Positions 28,347 through 37,912 are shown, counted from the first letter of the stretch. The stretch is 64,000 bases of DNA from an uncultured Eubacteriales bacterium (GCA_949293325.1 CASFCZ010000058.1:12817-76816), one strand, 5' to 3'. A program made the numbers and translations. Notes: generated by a model from the letters alone, not told the origin.

Positions 28347-29705
28347 TCAGTTCTTAAAGCTATGGATAGGAGCAGGGATTCTGCCTCCACGCTTAATGAA
28401 AGCCTCACAGCTGAATTTATTTACAGGCATAACCGGTGCATAGCCCAGAAGACCGCCAAACTCAACGGTATCTCCCACCTGTGCCCCTATAACAGGAATA
28501 AGCCTTACAGCGGTGGTTTTATTATTAACCATACCTATTGCCGCCTCATCTGCAATGATACCTGAAATGGTTTCCGCTGAAATATCTCCCGGAACGGCTA
28601 TCATATCAAGACCTACAGAACATACGCAGGTCATAGCCTCCAGCTTTTCAAGGGTAAGGGCACCTGCATTAACGGCATCAATCATACCATGATCCTCACT
28701 TACAGGGATAAAGGCACCGCTTAAGCCTCCTACGTATGAGGAAGCCATAACACCGCCCTTTTTAACATTATCGTTAAGGATGGCAAGGGCAGCAGTTGTA
28801 CCGGGGGCACCTGCATGCTCCAGACCCATTTCGTTAAATATCTCCGCAATACTGTCACCGATGGCAGGGGTAGGAGCAAGGGAAAGGTCTATAATGCCAA
28901 AGGGCACACCCAGTCTTTTTGAAGCCTCAAGGGCAACCAGCTGACCTACTCTTGTTATCTTAAAGGCAGTCTTTTTAACGGTTTCGCAAAGGGTTTCAAA
29001 GTCTGCACCACGGCAGCCCTCAAGGGCACGCTTTACAACACCTGGACCGCTTACGCCTACGTTAATTACGGTATCCCTTTCACCTACGCCGTGGAAGGCA
29101 CCTGCCATAAAGGGGTTATCCTCAACGGCATTACAGAATACCACAAACTTGGCACATGCCATGGAGGAATTATCCTTAGTAAGGTAAGCCATCTCCTTGA
29201 TTATTTCGCCCATAAGCTTAACGGCGTCCATATTGATACCGCTGCGGCTTGAACCTACATTAACTGAGCTGCAAACCATATCGGTAGTTGCAAGGGCCTC
29301 CGGGATTATCCTGATAAGCTCCCTGTCACCCTTTGTCATACCCTTTTGTACAAGGGCAGAAAAACCGCCTATAAAGTTTACGCCCGTAGCCTTTGCAGCC
29401 TTGTCAAGGGTCTTTGCAATTTCAAGGTATCCGTCAGAACCGCAGCCACTGCCTACCAGACTGATAGGAGTAACGGAAATACGCTTGTTTACAATAGGCA
29501 CACCGAATTCCTTACCTATATCATCTCCGGTCTGTACCAGTTTTTCGGCACTTTTGGTAATTTTATCATATATCTTCTGGTTCAGCTTTCCCCTGTCACT
29601 GTCCACACAGTCAAGGAGGTTAATACCCATGGTAATGGTACGCACATCAAGGTTAGCCTCCTGTATCATTTTGTTGGTTTCCTGAACCTCAACTCGTGAA
29701 ATCAT
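28347..29705 (-). CDS. UPF0210/DUF711 (PFL-like) family protein
   Basis: 452 aa with the characteristic start [26 protein letters not shown]. Conserved pairing with the upstream small ACT protein. Confidence 0.75.
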   Translation of the reverse strand: MISRVEVQETNKMIQEANLDVRTITMGINLLDCVDSDRGKLNQKIYDKITKSAEKLVQTGDDIGKEFGVPIVNKRISVTPISLVGSGCGSDGYLEIAKTLDKAAKATGVNFIGGFSALVQKGMTKGDRELIRIIPEALATTDMVCSSVNVGSSRSGINMDAVKLMGEIIKEMAYLTKDNSSMACAKFVVFCNAVEDNPFMAGAFHGVGERDTVINVGVSGPGVVKRALEGCRGADFETLCETVKKTAFKITRVGQLVALEASKRLGVPFGIIDLSLAPTPAIGDSIAEIFNEMGLEHAGAPGTTAALAILNDNVKKGGVMASSYVGGLSGAFIPVSEDHGMIDAVNAGALTLEKLEAMTCVCSVGLDMIAVPGDISAETISGIIADEAAIGMVNNKTTAVRLIPVIGAQVGDTVEFGGLLGYAPVMPVNKFSCEAFIKRGGRIPAPIHSFKN

Positions 29706-29719
29706 AGCCTACCTCCAAA

Positions 29720-29989
29720 TTAAATCCTGTGCATACTGTTGAAGATGTCCTCTCTCTGGAGTCTGACATCAACACCTATTTCCTCGCCGCACTTTTTAAG
29801 CTCGTCCACAACATCCTCGAACTTATGTGTACAGGTGGTAAGGTCAACCACCATCATCATATTAAAGTAACCTGAAACTATAGTCTGGGAAATATCAAGG
29901 ATATTTATCCCTTCCTTTGCAAGATAGTTGCATACGGCAGCCATAATGCCCACTCTGTCTTTACCGAGTACAGTAATTATTCCTTTCAT
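29720..29989 (-). CDS. ACT-domain protein (UPF0237 family)
   Basis: 89 aa. Segment ITVLGKDRVGIMAAVCNYLAKEGINILDISQT. Confidence 0.8.
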   Translation of the reverse strand: MKGIITVLGKDRVGIMAAVCNYLAKEGINILDISQTIVSGYFNMMMVVDLTTCTHKFEDVVDELKKCGEEIGVDVRLQREDIFNSMHRI

Positions 29990-30095
29990 AGTTAGCCTCC
30001 TAAAGCAATTAATTTACTATGCTGATTTTAAATTATACCATAGACATCCCAAAATAGCAATAATTAAGCTTTGCATTTTACAAAATAAGACAAAT

Positions 30096-30136
30096 AAAAA
30101 AAGCCTGTGCAAAGTCAGATACAACTCTGCACAGGC
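30096..30136 (-). terminator. intrinsic terminator of dockerin gene 30146-30943
   Basis: Minus strand reads gcctgtgca...tgcacaggc followed by ttttttt. Confidence 0.75.
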
Positions 30137-30145
30137 GGTATACCA

Positions 30146-30943
30146 TTAATGGGCTTTAGTCTCCCAGACCTCACTGGAAGATGGGATTTCCAGACCTGAT
30201 GGATACAAAGTATTGTAATAGTCTACATAAAATTTAATTGAGTCATAGGACAGATCCCTGTCTACATTTATTATAATCAGTCTGCTGTCCAGAAGAGGAC
30301 TTGACATTTCAGGAGTCACACTGTCCATATGTATCTCCAGAGCACCCTCTGAAAGTGCTATATCCTTTACTGTGTATTCATCCTGAAGATTTCCTGCCAT
30401 AGCACAGGCAATAACCAGCTTCTGATTTGCAAACCAGTTTTTACCGTACTGTCCGTTAATACGCTCCTTAAGGCTTTCTCCGTTAATTGCAGGATGAGCC
30501 TCAATAAATCCATCCAGCTCCTCCTTTGAGGTAATTTCATAAATTTTGCGGCTTTGGTTAAGTTCAAAATCCATACCGTTAAATATTTCACTGTCTCCGT
30601 TCATTCTTGAAATAATAAGGCTGCCGGGCTGGATTTCCCTGTTCATTTCCGCCTCAACAGGAAGCTCATAACCGGGATTAAGGGTCTTGTACAGTACCAG
30701 GGTAGCATCATTAGCTGTCAATGTACCGCTGAAATCCAGGTCAAAGGCTGCAATCTCCTCAGCATCGGTCATATCTCCACCGGGCATTTCTCCCGTCCTT
30801 GCTGCCTCGAGAATAACACTGGCATCATCAGCTGTAATCAATCCGTCTCCGTTGGCATCACCGTAAACAACATCAGCGGCATATACAGAAGATGAAAATT
30901 GCAGCAGTGTTAAGGACAACAACAGTGCTAAAGTCTTTTTCAT
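30146..30943 (-). CDS. secreted protein with an N-terminal dockerin and a C-terminal domain of unknown function
   Basis: Signal peptide ending VYA. Dockerin repeats GDANGDGLITADDASVILEAA and DLDFSGTLTANDATLVLYKTLN. Confidence 0.75.
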   Translation of the reverse strand: MKKTLALLLSLTLLQFSSSVYAADVVYGDANGDGLITADDASVILEAARTGEMPGGDMTDAEEIAAFDLDFSGTLTANDATLVLYKTLNPGYELPVEAEMNREIQPGSLIISRMNGDSEIFNGMDFELNQSRKIYEITSKEELDGFIEAHPAINGESLKERINGQYGKNWFANQKLVIACAMAGNLQDEYTVKDIALSEGALEIHMDSVTPEMSSPLLDSRLIIINVDRDLSYDSIKFYVDYYNTLYPSGLEIPSSSEVWETKAH

Positions 30944-31068
30944 ATCTATCCCTCCTTATATAAAATATAATTTTCCGTTACACTATATATTAATTATAAA
31001 TAAATATAACCTCCTGTTCAATGGGCAATTTAAACAAATCCTTTTTCTTTTCATATGCAAAACATACA

Positions 31069-31091
31069 AAAGGCTCGGTTTCCCGAGCCTT
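31069..31091. repeat. left copy of a 23-bp direct repeat (terminator hairpin) flanking element copy 3
   Basis: aaaggctcggtttcccgagcctt, identical to 31350-31372. On the minus strand it is followed by ttttgtatgtttt, so it can function as a terminator. Confidence 0.85.
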
Positions 31092-31349
31092 TAGACTGTC
31101 AATAAACCTGCAAAACGTTGGATTTTTTGAATTAAATCAATATCTAGCCTGCATTCAGGTAACTTAAAGCGTCGCAGACTTTAATCCGCAGGACGGGCTT
31201 TGCCCGTTCGAGGGCATAACAAGAGTGTCGAAAAGAGGTTTATAACCTCTTTGAGGCACGGGTTGTTACTTCAATGGTGGGTACGCTAGTACCCTACTGC
31301 AAGAAATGCTTGCATTTCTTGCAAGCGTGTCGACTTTTTCGACACGCTG
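31092..31349. repeat. structured intergenic element, copy 3 (minimal, about 258 bp)
   Basis: Same termini as copies 1 and 2. The apical three-hairpin junction of copy 2 is replaced by a short loop. Stems covary with copy 2. Confidence 0.85.
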
Positions 31350-31372
31350 AAAGGCTCGGTTTCCCGAGCCTT
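31350..31372. repeat. right copy of the 23-bp direct repeat; overlaps the histidine-kinase stop codon
   Basis: Identical to 31069-31091. The kinase stop (31371-31373) overlaps its last 2 nt. Confidence 0.85.
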
Positions 31373-33104
31373 ATCTTATTATCTCCACAGGCAGGGTAAC
31401 GGTGATATCCGTCCCCACATCAAGCTTACTTTCAAGCTTGATACTGCCCTTATAGTAATTGACAACATGCTTGACTATGGCAAGTCCAAGTCCCGTACCT
31501 GCCGTTTTCTTGCTTCTGCCCTTATCAACCCTGTAGAAACGTTCAAATACCCTTGACTGGCTTTCAAGGGGTATACCTATGCCGGTATCGGATACCTTAA
31601 GGGTAAAGATATCTCCACCCGTTGCACTTACGGTTACAGAGCCGTTGGGCTTATTATACTTGACTGCATTTACAATAAGGTTGTTGAAAAGCTGATACAT
31701 CTTTTTATAATCAGCCTTTATACAGATATTGCCACAGTCGGTAAAAAGGGAAATGTTTTTCTCATTTGCCATAGGCGTAACACTCTGGAATATATCCCTG
31801 ATAAGCAGTGAAACACTTACAGGGCTTTCGCTGTCGGTATTTTTGCCGTTTTCCAGTCTGGATATGGTAAGTATATCATTAATCAGACCGGTCATATTCC
31901 CTGCTTCCGTTTTAATCCTCTGCAAAAATTCCTCACGTTGATCCTCACTGTATTTTATGCCTGAGGTAAGCAGTTCCGCATAGCCCTGTATTGATGTAAT
32001 AGGGGTCTTAAGCTCATGGGAGGCATTTGAGAAAAATTCCTGCCTCATATTTTCCGCTTCCCTGTCACCTGTTACATCGTGCATAAAGATTATTGCACCC
32101 TCGGCGGCATTTTCAAAGGCACTGCTGTTTACCTTGTTTATATTAATGCCAAATATATGACCCTTTGAATCAGTCAGGTCAAAACTCTGCTCAATACCCG
32201 TTTCAAAGGCCGCCTCTATTGCATCTGTTATTTGCAGATTCTGAGTATAATAAAGAATATTTTTCCCGTAATCCCTTTTATCACAGCCTATAACATCCAT
32301 TGCGGTTTTGTTGATTGTCATTACATTGCTTTTGTTATCCAGCAATATGAGGCCTTCCTGCATATTATCCAGAATATAGGCAGTCTTTTTCTTTTCGTAA
32401 TGTATATCACCTATGGTTTTTTCAATACGCTTTGACAGGGTATTGATTGCATCTGTAATGGAATTTATCTCATCATACTTACAGTGGGGCAAATTAAGGG
32501 AGGTGCTATAGCTTTTTATCCTTGAAAGTCTTGCACATATAGCTGTAAGGGGCTGGGTAATACTGTTTGCCAGGCGTTTGGAAAGGAGCAGGGAAAGGGC
32601 AAAGATAAGCACGCAGCTTAAAGAAATAGCCGGTATCAGAGACCGTGCAAAGTACAGCATGCCCTTGTAGGGTTCTGACAGACGCAGAACATATTCACCG
32701 TTTTCCGAAAGGGCAGCGGCATATATAAGCTCCGCACCCATTGTGGTAGAATAACGTATATTTGTGCCACGCCCCATTTCCAGCGCATTTTCAACCTCCG
32801 GGCGTGTGAGATGGTTATCTTCTTCTATATCATCTGAGGCATCCGTGTCTGCAACTACAGTACCGTCAGTCTTTATTACCGTCAGCCTTGCACTGCTGTC
32901 AAGGACATGGTCAAGCTGTGCCGTCTGGGCATCAATGTCCCCGTTATAATCCATGCTGTAATCTATAACGTGCAGAGTATCCATCAAATGCAGTTCCGTC
33001 TGATTAAGATTAAAATTTGCAAATATTATACAAAAAAGTATGCTGACAATGGCAAGACAGACAACGGTAATAAGCATGAAGCCCCTTAAAACCGCATTTT
33101 TCAT
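31371..33104 (-). CDS. sensor histidine kinase (PhoR-like: 2 TM, PAS-like, HisKA, HATPase)
   Basis: H-box SHELKTPITSIQGYAELL, N-box NAVKYN, G-boxes DTGIGI and GTGLGLAIV. Confidence 0.9.
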   Translation of the reverse strand: MKNAVLRGFMLITVVCLAIVSILFCIIFANFNLNQTELHLMDTLHVIDYSMDYNGDIDAQTAQLDHVLDSSARLTVIKTDGTVVADTDASDDIEEDNHLTRPEVENALEMGRGTNIRYSTTMGAELIYAAALSENGEYVLRLSEPYKGMLYFARSLIPAISLSCVLIFALSLLLSKRLANSITQPLTAICARLSRIKSYSTSLNLPHCKYDEINSITDAINTLSKRIEKTIGDIHYEKKKTAYILDNMQEGLILLDNKSNVMTINKTAMDVIGCDKRDYGKNILYYTQNLQITDAIEAAFETGIEQSFDLTDSKGHIFGININKVNSSAFENAAEGAIIFMHDVTGDREAENMRQEFFSNASHELKTPITSIQGYAELLTSGIKYSEDQREEFLQRIKTEAGNMTGLINDILTISRLENGKNTDSESPVSVSLLIRDIFQSVTPMANEKNISLFTDCGNICIKADYKKMYQLFNNLIVNAVKYNKPNGSVTVSATGGDIFTLKVSDTGIGIPLESQSRVFERFYRVDKGRSKKTAGTGLGLAIVKHVVNYYKGSIKLESKLDVGTDITVTLPVEIIR

Positions 33105-33115
33105 TTCTTACCTCC

Positions 33116-33802
33116 TTAGTCCGTAGTGGCTCTGTAGCCCATGCCCCTTACGGTCTTGATATATTCGCAGTACTTGCCCAGCTTCTGGCGGAGGGTACGT
33201 ATGTGTATGTCAACGGTTCTGGTTTCCCCTGTATATTCATAACCCCATATTTTGTTAAGGAGCTCATTTCTTGATACAACACGATGAGAGTTTTCAATAA
33301 GATATTTAAGTAACTCAAACTCCTTAAGGGTAAGGGTAATGTGTTCACCGTCGGCAAAAACCTCACCTGTATTGGAGTTGATGGTAATACCCCCCATGGT
33401 AACTATACCGCTGTCAACCTTCCTGGAGGAATCGGCACGGCGGAGAAGGGAACGTATCCTTGCCATTAACTCAAGTACGCTGAAGGGCTTTGTAACATAG
33501 TCATCTGCACCCATGTCAAGGCCTATTATCTTATCCAACTCACTGTCCTTTGCCGTAAGCATTATAATAGGAAGGTCAGGATTTTTGTATTCGCTGCGAA
33601 TCTTCTTAACGGCCTCGGTACCCTCCATACCCGGCAGCATTATGTCAAAGATGGCAAGGTCAGGCTCAGTCTGCTCCATTGCTTCAAGGGCCTCCTCGGC
33701 ACTTTCAAAGGCAGATACTCTGTAACCGTAGCCCTCAAGAGCTATCTTTATCAGTTCACGGATGTTGTCGTCGTCTTCCGTTACAAATATCCTTGTATTC
33801 AT
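33116..33802 (-). CDS. OmpR/PhoB-family response regulator
   Basis: Receiver motifs (DDDNIR, FDIMLPGMEG, LTAK) and a winged-helix C-terminal domain (TVDIHIRTLRQKL, VRGMGY). Confidence 0.92.
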   Translation of the reverse strand: MNTRIFVTEDDDNIRELIKIALEGYGYRVSAFESAEEALEAMEQTEPDLAIFDIMLPGMEGTEAVKKIRSEYKNPDLPIIMLTAKDSELDKIIGLDMGADDYVTKPFSVLELMARIRSLLRRADSSRKVDSGIVTMGGITINSNTGEVFADGEHITLTLKEFELLKYLIENSHRVVSRNELLNKIWGYEYTGETRTVDIHIRTLRQKLGKYCEYIKTVRGMGYRATTD

Positions 33803-33889
33803 ATAGCAAAATCTCCTTTTGTTTTGTCCCTTTTAAATACAGTTTGATTATAGTCTGTTTTTTTCTGTACTGATACGGCAAAAGGGTAT

Positions 33890-33946
33890 ATTTTTTGTAA
33901 AATTTATGTAAAAATGCTTCTTTTAACAGTACTTTTTACAAAAAAT
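33890..33946. promoter_or_regulatory. 13-bp perfect inverted repeat plus a third half-site, upstream of the two-component operon
   Basis: attttttgtaaaa (33890-33902) and its reverse complement ttttacaaaaaat (33934-33946). A further tgtaaaaa half-site lies at about 33907. Confidence 0.35.
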
Positions 33947-34216
33947 TTATATAAGGGCTGATAAAAACATTTCGTAGGCATCTGCCCAATCCTCAATGGG
34001 GTAGGTTGCACCGCCGTTTGTACTCTTAAGGAGGTTGTCGCAAAGGGTCTGGTTAATTGTAAATATTTCGCCTACTGTTATGGGACAGCCATTTTCACAG
34101 GATATACGGCAAAATTCATCCAGGGGATCTTCAGCCTGCCTTGTGGCAAGGAGCTTTGCCTTAAGGTCACTGTTTTCAAGGGCAAGCTTAAGGAGTTTAT
34201 CAAGTGATGGGTTCAT
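33947..34216 (-). CDS. Nif11-domain-like small protein (possible RiPP-type precursor)
   Basis: AGGAGG RBS. The N-terminal helical region LDKLLKLALENSDLKAKLLA...GCPITVGEIF resembles Nif11/N11P leaders. A GG pair lies 20 aa from the C-terminus. Confidence 0.5.
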   Translation of the reverse strand: MNPSLDKLLKLALENSDLKAKLLATRQAEDPLDEFCRISCENGCPITVGEIFTINQTLCDNLLKSTNGGATYPIEDWADAYEMFLSALI

Positions 34217-34282
34217 ATTGTATTACCTCCTGTTTAATGTATTTTTACCTATTATACGCCGGTAAATTCGGCAAAATAAGTC

Positions 34283-34311
34283 TTGACTTGACTGTAACGC
34301 TGTGTTATAAT
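34283..34311 (+). promoter_or_regulatory. sigma-A promoter of rpsF-ssb-rpsR
   Basis: TTGACT, 17 nt, TATAAT, with an extended -10 (TGT). Confidence 0.7.
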
Positions 34312-34413
34312 CCTTATCTGTGTGACGGTGTACTAATGTACCTGTCCATAAGGAAAATATCCTTGCTCTTACCGTAGGGTAAGGGCCAAAGTCCAAAAGG
34401 AGGTGTAAATTCA
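34312..34413 (+). promoter_or_regulatory. rpsF 5' leader (possible S6:S18 autoregulatory structure)
   Basis: About 100-nt UTR with hairpin cttacc-gtag-ggtaag just upstream of the RBS. Assignment rests on position only. Confidence 0.3.
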
Positions 34414-34701
34414 ATGAAGAAGTATGAATTAACAGTGGTTATCAACCCTAATCTTGATGAGGAGGCTGTTAAGGCTGAGATTGCAGCAGTACAGGCACTT
34501 ATTGAGAGGTTTGGCGGTACTATTGAAAAGGTTGACGAGTGGGGCAAGAGAAGACTTGCTTACGAGATCAACAAGGTAAACGAGGGCTTCTACACATTCA
34601 TCACATTCAGCTCCGAGGCTTCTACTCCTGTAGAGCTTGAGAAGCGTATGCGTATCAGGGAGAATGTACTTCGTTACTTAACTATTGCTCAAGAGGACTA
34701 A
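34414..34701 (+). CDS. rpsF: 30S ribosomal protein S6
   Basis: MKKYELTVVINPNLDEE..., a typical S6 sequence. Confidence 0.95.
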   Translation: MKKYELTVVINPNLDEEAVKAEIAAVQALIERFGGTIEKVDEWGKRRLAYEINKVNEGFYTFITFSSEASTPVELEKRMRIRENVLRYLTIAQED

Positions 34702-34719
34702 TCGGGAGGTGATCGCCCT

Positions 34720-35184
34720 ATGAACAAAGTTATATTACTTGGAAGATTGGCGAGAGACCCGGAGGTAAGGTATACTCAATCAGCTGAGCCATTGGCTGTG
34801 TGCAGCTTTACGGTTGCTGTTGACAAGCCCTATTCAAGAAACAGGCAGGAAGGCGACGCCACTGCCGATTTCATTAACTGCGTATGCTTTGGCAAGCGCG
34901 GTGAGAGCATAGGTCAGTATTTCCGTAAGGGCAACAGAATTGCCATTACAGGTCGTATAAACACCAGGAACTATACTGATCAGCAGGGCAACAAGCGCTA
35001 TGTAACCGAAGTTGTTGCAGACGACTTTGAGTTTGTTGAGTCCAAATCCGAAAGAGCAGCATCAGAAGGTCAGAGTTTCCCTCAGTCCAACCCATCAAAT
35101 AAAGACAGCGGTTCTACTCCTGATGGATTCTTTTTCCCTGACTCAGATGATGCAGATGACAGTTTTTTACCGTTTAACTATTAA
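34720..35184 (+). CDS. ssb: single-stranded DNA-binding protein
   Basis: [21 protein letters not shown]-fold and the acidic tail DDSFLPF. Confidence 0.95.
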   Translation: MNKVILLGRLARDPEVRYTQSAEPLAVCSFTVAVDKPYSRNRQEGDATADFINCVCFGKRGESIGQYFRKGNRIAITGRINTRNYTDQQGNKRYVTEVVADDFEFVESKSERAASEGQSFPQSNPSNKDSGSTPDGFFFPDSDDADDSFLPFNY

Positions 35185-35204
35185 TTAAAAGGAGGTTAAT
35201 AATC

Positions 35205-35435
35205 ATGGTTAATAAGAAGCGTGGCAGAAGAAAAAAGCGTGTTTGTGCATTCTGTGCAGAGCAGGCAACTTCTATAGATTACAAGGACGTAGCTAAGCTG
35301 CGTAAGTACGTTTCCGAGAGAGGTAAGATCCTCCCAAGGAGAATTACAGGTAACTGCGCTAAGCACCAGAGAATGCTTACTACAGCAGTTAAGAGAGCAA
35401 GACATATTGCTTTACTTGCTTACGTACAGGAATAA
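35205..35435 (+). CDS. rpsR: 30S ribosomal protein S18
   Basis: Segments [26 protein letters not shown] and KHQR. Confidence 0.95.
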   Translation: MVNKKRGRRKKRVCAFCAEQATSIDYKDVAKLRKYVSERGKILPRRITGNCAKHQRMLTTAVKRARHIALLAYVQE

Positions 35436-35444
35436 TAAATACCA

Positions 35445-35479
35445 AAGACCCTTTGTCATATGGCAGAGGGTCTTTTTTT
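35445..35479 (+). terminator. intrinsic terminator after rpsR
   Basis: Stem aagaccct...agggtctt followed by ttttt. Confidence 0.8.
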
Positions 35480-35519
35480 ACTGCCAATAAAGAAATACCC
35501 CTCTGTATCCGTATAAATC

Positions 35520-35550
35520 AAAAAGGACTGTTACCTTTGCAACAGTCCTT
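35520..35550 (-). terminator. intrinsic terminator of M13 peptidase gene 2
   Basis: Minus strand reads aaggactgtt-gcaaaggt-aacagtcctt followed by tttt. Confidence 0.75.
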
Positions 35551-35557
35551 TAATTAT

Positions 35558-37891
35558 TTACCATATTGCGGCTCTTTCCTCAGGGGGAACATACATGCCG
35601 TCGTCCTCATTTATATCATACAGCTGATAAAAACAGTCAACTGACTGAAGCACCCTGTCAACACGTACATTTGAGGGGCTATGTGTATCACTGAACACAA
35701 GCGCCTGCAAATATTCCCTTGGAACGGATTCAAGCCACAGAAGGGCATAAGCCCTGAACATTTTATCGTAGTCAAAGCCCTCTGTATTGTCAGCTATCTG
35801 GGTAATACACTGCATTGCGCCAAGGTCGGCAATATTTTCCGTAAGGGTAAGGGTACCGTTTACCTCAATACCCGGAGCTGCCTCAATGCCGTCATAATAC
35901 TCAACTACCTCATTACAAAGTCTTTCAAATGCCTCTTTATCCTCCTGTGTCCACCAATCCCTTGCATTGCCCTTTTCATCATACTGAGAACCGCTTGAGT
36001 CAAAGGCATGGGTTATTTCATGGGCTATTACAAAGCCGATACCTCCAAGGTTTTCCTCAAAGGAGGCGTCTTTACTGTATACAGGCTCCTGCAAAAAGGC
36101 CACAGGGAAGTTAATGGAGTTAAAGTTTGGCATATAAAAGGCATTTACAGTCTGGGGTGTAGTAATCCATTGGTCTTTATCCACAGGTTTACCTGCCAGA
36201 GCTGCATTATACTCACGCTCTGCCATTTCCAGCTCAATGGCATTGTCAAAGTAACTGCCCCCATCTGCTATGCTAAGGATAAGAGCACCATCCTGGGCTG
36301 ACTCCATCTTTGAATAATCGGGAGCACCTACATTGATACGCATTTCCGACAGCTTAAGGAGAGCCTTTTCCTTAGTTGCTTCACTCATCCAGTCCAGACC
36401 CATTATCCTGTCTTCATATACGGATATTACCTGGTGGATCATATCCGTAACATCTGCTACTATTTCATCTGTACAATACTTATCGGCATAGGCCTTTCCC
36501 ACATAGTCATACAGCATATCCGAAACCTTTAGGACTGCACGGTCCTGACTTGACTGTTCACCCTCAATACCGTAAACCTCCTGATTATAGGTCTGGGAAG
36601 CTGCTATAAAATCCTCGCCGAAATATCCTGCTGTATCTAAAATAAGGGATACCTTAAGATAGTTTTTAACAGCCTCAAGATTATCATCCCTGAGCATGGA
36701 GGCAAGCTCCTCCATTGCAGCCACATCCCCTACACCGATTCTGCTGCCGTCAGAGAGGCCGGCTCTTTCAAACTCTCCCTGTATATCCAGCATAGGGAAT
36801 ACAGACTTCAGCTCATCAAGGGTATATATATTATAGGTGTTTGCAAGGTCGTAACTTTCTGCAATGGTAAGGGACACCTGAGATATCTGCTTTTCAAAAT
36901 CGAAAAATGCCTGTGCATTCTCTTCAGGATTTTCATCATCACAAAGCTCAAGAAGTGTAGTAATAAACCTTATATATGCAGCCCTCTGTTCCTCTGCCTC
37001 ACCTGCATACACCTCCCGTGGAAGTCTGGGGGATGCAGTACCGAAATATGTCACATACTCCGAGCTGTTCATTGGATCAAGGGTAACGGAAAAGGCTGTA
37101 AGTAAATACAGTGCGGAAACCCTGTCATTAAGGATCATTACATTGCCAAGGTCAGCAATACTTTCAGCTGACTCTATTTCCTTAAGATCCTCTGCAATGG
37201 GGCTATATCCTGCCTCATTACGGGCATCCATATCCATAATATTATCATAAAGTGTCTTTATCTTTGCTTCGGGAGTACCCGGCTCAGGATCTGAATTTGC
37301 TATCTCAAGGATAAGCTCCTTTATCTGCCTGGTAGTAAGGTTGCTTATATCCGCAAGGGTACCTACATCTGCGGCACCTGTAGGAATTTCCAGTACATCC
37401 AGCTCTGACTTGTTTACGGCAGCATAATAGCTGTCCCTTAAATTAGTACCAAAAACCGAATAGGTACGGTCTATAAGTGTATCCAGCTCCTCAGCCGTAA
37501 CATAGGCATCGGAGTCAATGGTGTCAATTATGCCTGAATCAAAGACGGGTGTAAGCTCATCTTGCGCCCATACAGGCACATCACCAAAGTCACCTGAAGG
37601 ATAGCCCAAGCGTCTGTTATTTGCTCCCGGTTGTGGAATACCCCCAAAGGCACGGTTAAGCATTACAAGTGCCTGCACCTTTGTAAGGGGATCATCCTCA
37701 TGCAGGTCACCGTCACCATATCCCCTTATAACATCCTCCTGTTTCAGCCCGGGAGAATAGTCATCAGCAGCACCCATAAGTGTTTCAACAGCCTCTCCCC
37801 TGGTAATATACTCCTCACCATAGGCAGGATTAAAGGAAACCGCCGTAAGTCCCATTATTACCGAAATAAGCAGTGCAGCTTTTCTTTTCAT
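35558..37891 (-). CDS. secreted M13-family zinc metallopeptidase, paralog 2, with an N-terminal SLH-like module
   Basis: Signal peptide MKRKAALLISVIMGLTAVSFNPAYG. Motifs HEITHAFD, ENIADLGA and NVRVD...W. Same length (777 aa) and architecture as 7622-9955. Confidence 0.85.
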   Translation of the reverse strand: MKRKAALLISVIMGLTAVSFNPAYGEEYITRGEAVETLMGAADDYSPGLKQEDVIRGYGDGDLHEDDPLTKVQALVMLNRAFGGIPQPGANNRRLGYPSGDFGDVPVWAQDELTPVFDSGIIDTIDSDAYVTAEELDTLIDRTYSVFGTNLRDSYYAAVNKSELDVLEIPTGAADVGTLADISNLTTRQIKELILEIANSDPEPGTPEAKIKTLYDNIMDMDARNEAGYSPIAEDLKEIESAESIADLGNVMILNDRVSALYLLTAFSVTLDPMNSSEYVTYFGTASPRLPREVYAGEAEEQRAAYIRFITTLLELCDDENPEENAQAFFDFEKQISQVSLTIAESYDLANTYNIYTLDELKSVFPMLDIQGEFERAGLSDGSRIGVGDVAAMEELASMLRDDNLEAVKNYLKVSLILDTAGYFGEDFIAASQTYNQEVYGIEGEQSSQDRAVLKVSDMLYDYVGKAYADKYCTDEIVADVTDMIHQVISVYEDRIMGLDWMSEATKEKALLKLSEMRINVGAPDYSKMESAQDGALILSIADGGSYFDNAIELEMAEREYNAALAGKPVDKDQWITTPQTVNAFYMPNFNSINFPVAFLQEPVYSKDASFEENLGGIGFVIAHEITHAFDSSGSQYDEKGNARDWWTQEDKEAFERLCNEVVEYYDGIEAAPGIEVNGTLTLTENIADLGAMQCITQIADNTEGFDYDKMFRAYALLWLESVPREYLQALVFSDTHSPSNVRVDRVLQSVDCFYQLYDINEDDGMYVPPEERAAIW

Positions 37892-37912
37892 ATAAAACCG
37901 CTCCTTTCTTAC

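Noticed and set aside
31092-31349. The repeat element as a group II intron, an IS/MITE with inverted repeats, an IS200/IS605-type PATE, or a hammerhead-type ribozyme
   Set aside because: There is no GUGYG 5' end or domain-V-like 34-nt hairpin, and 258 nt is too small for a group II ribozyme. The termini (agactgtc... and ...cgacacgctga) are not inverted repeats. Only one end has a subterminal hairpin. The UGAUGA-like strings in copies 1 and 2 lack the remaining hammerhead core and are absent from copy 3. None of these classes explains a 23-bp hairpin duplication. The element is left unclassified rather than forced into a class.
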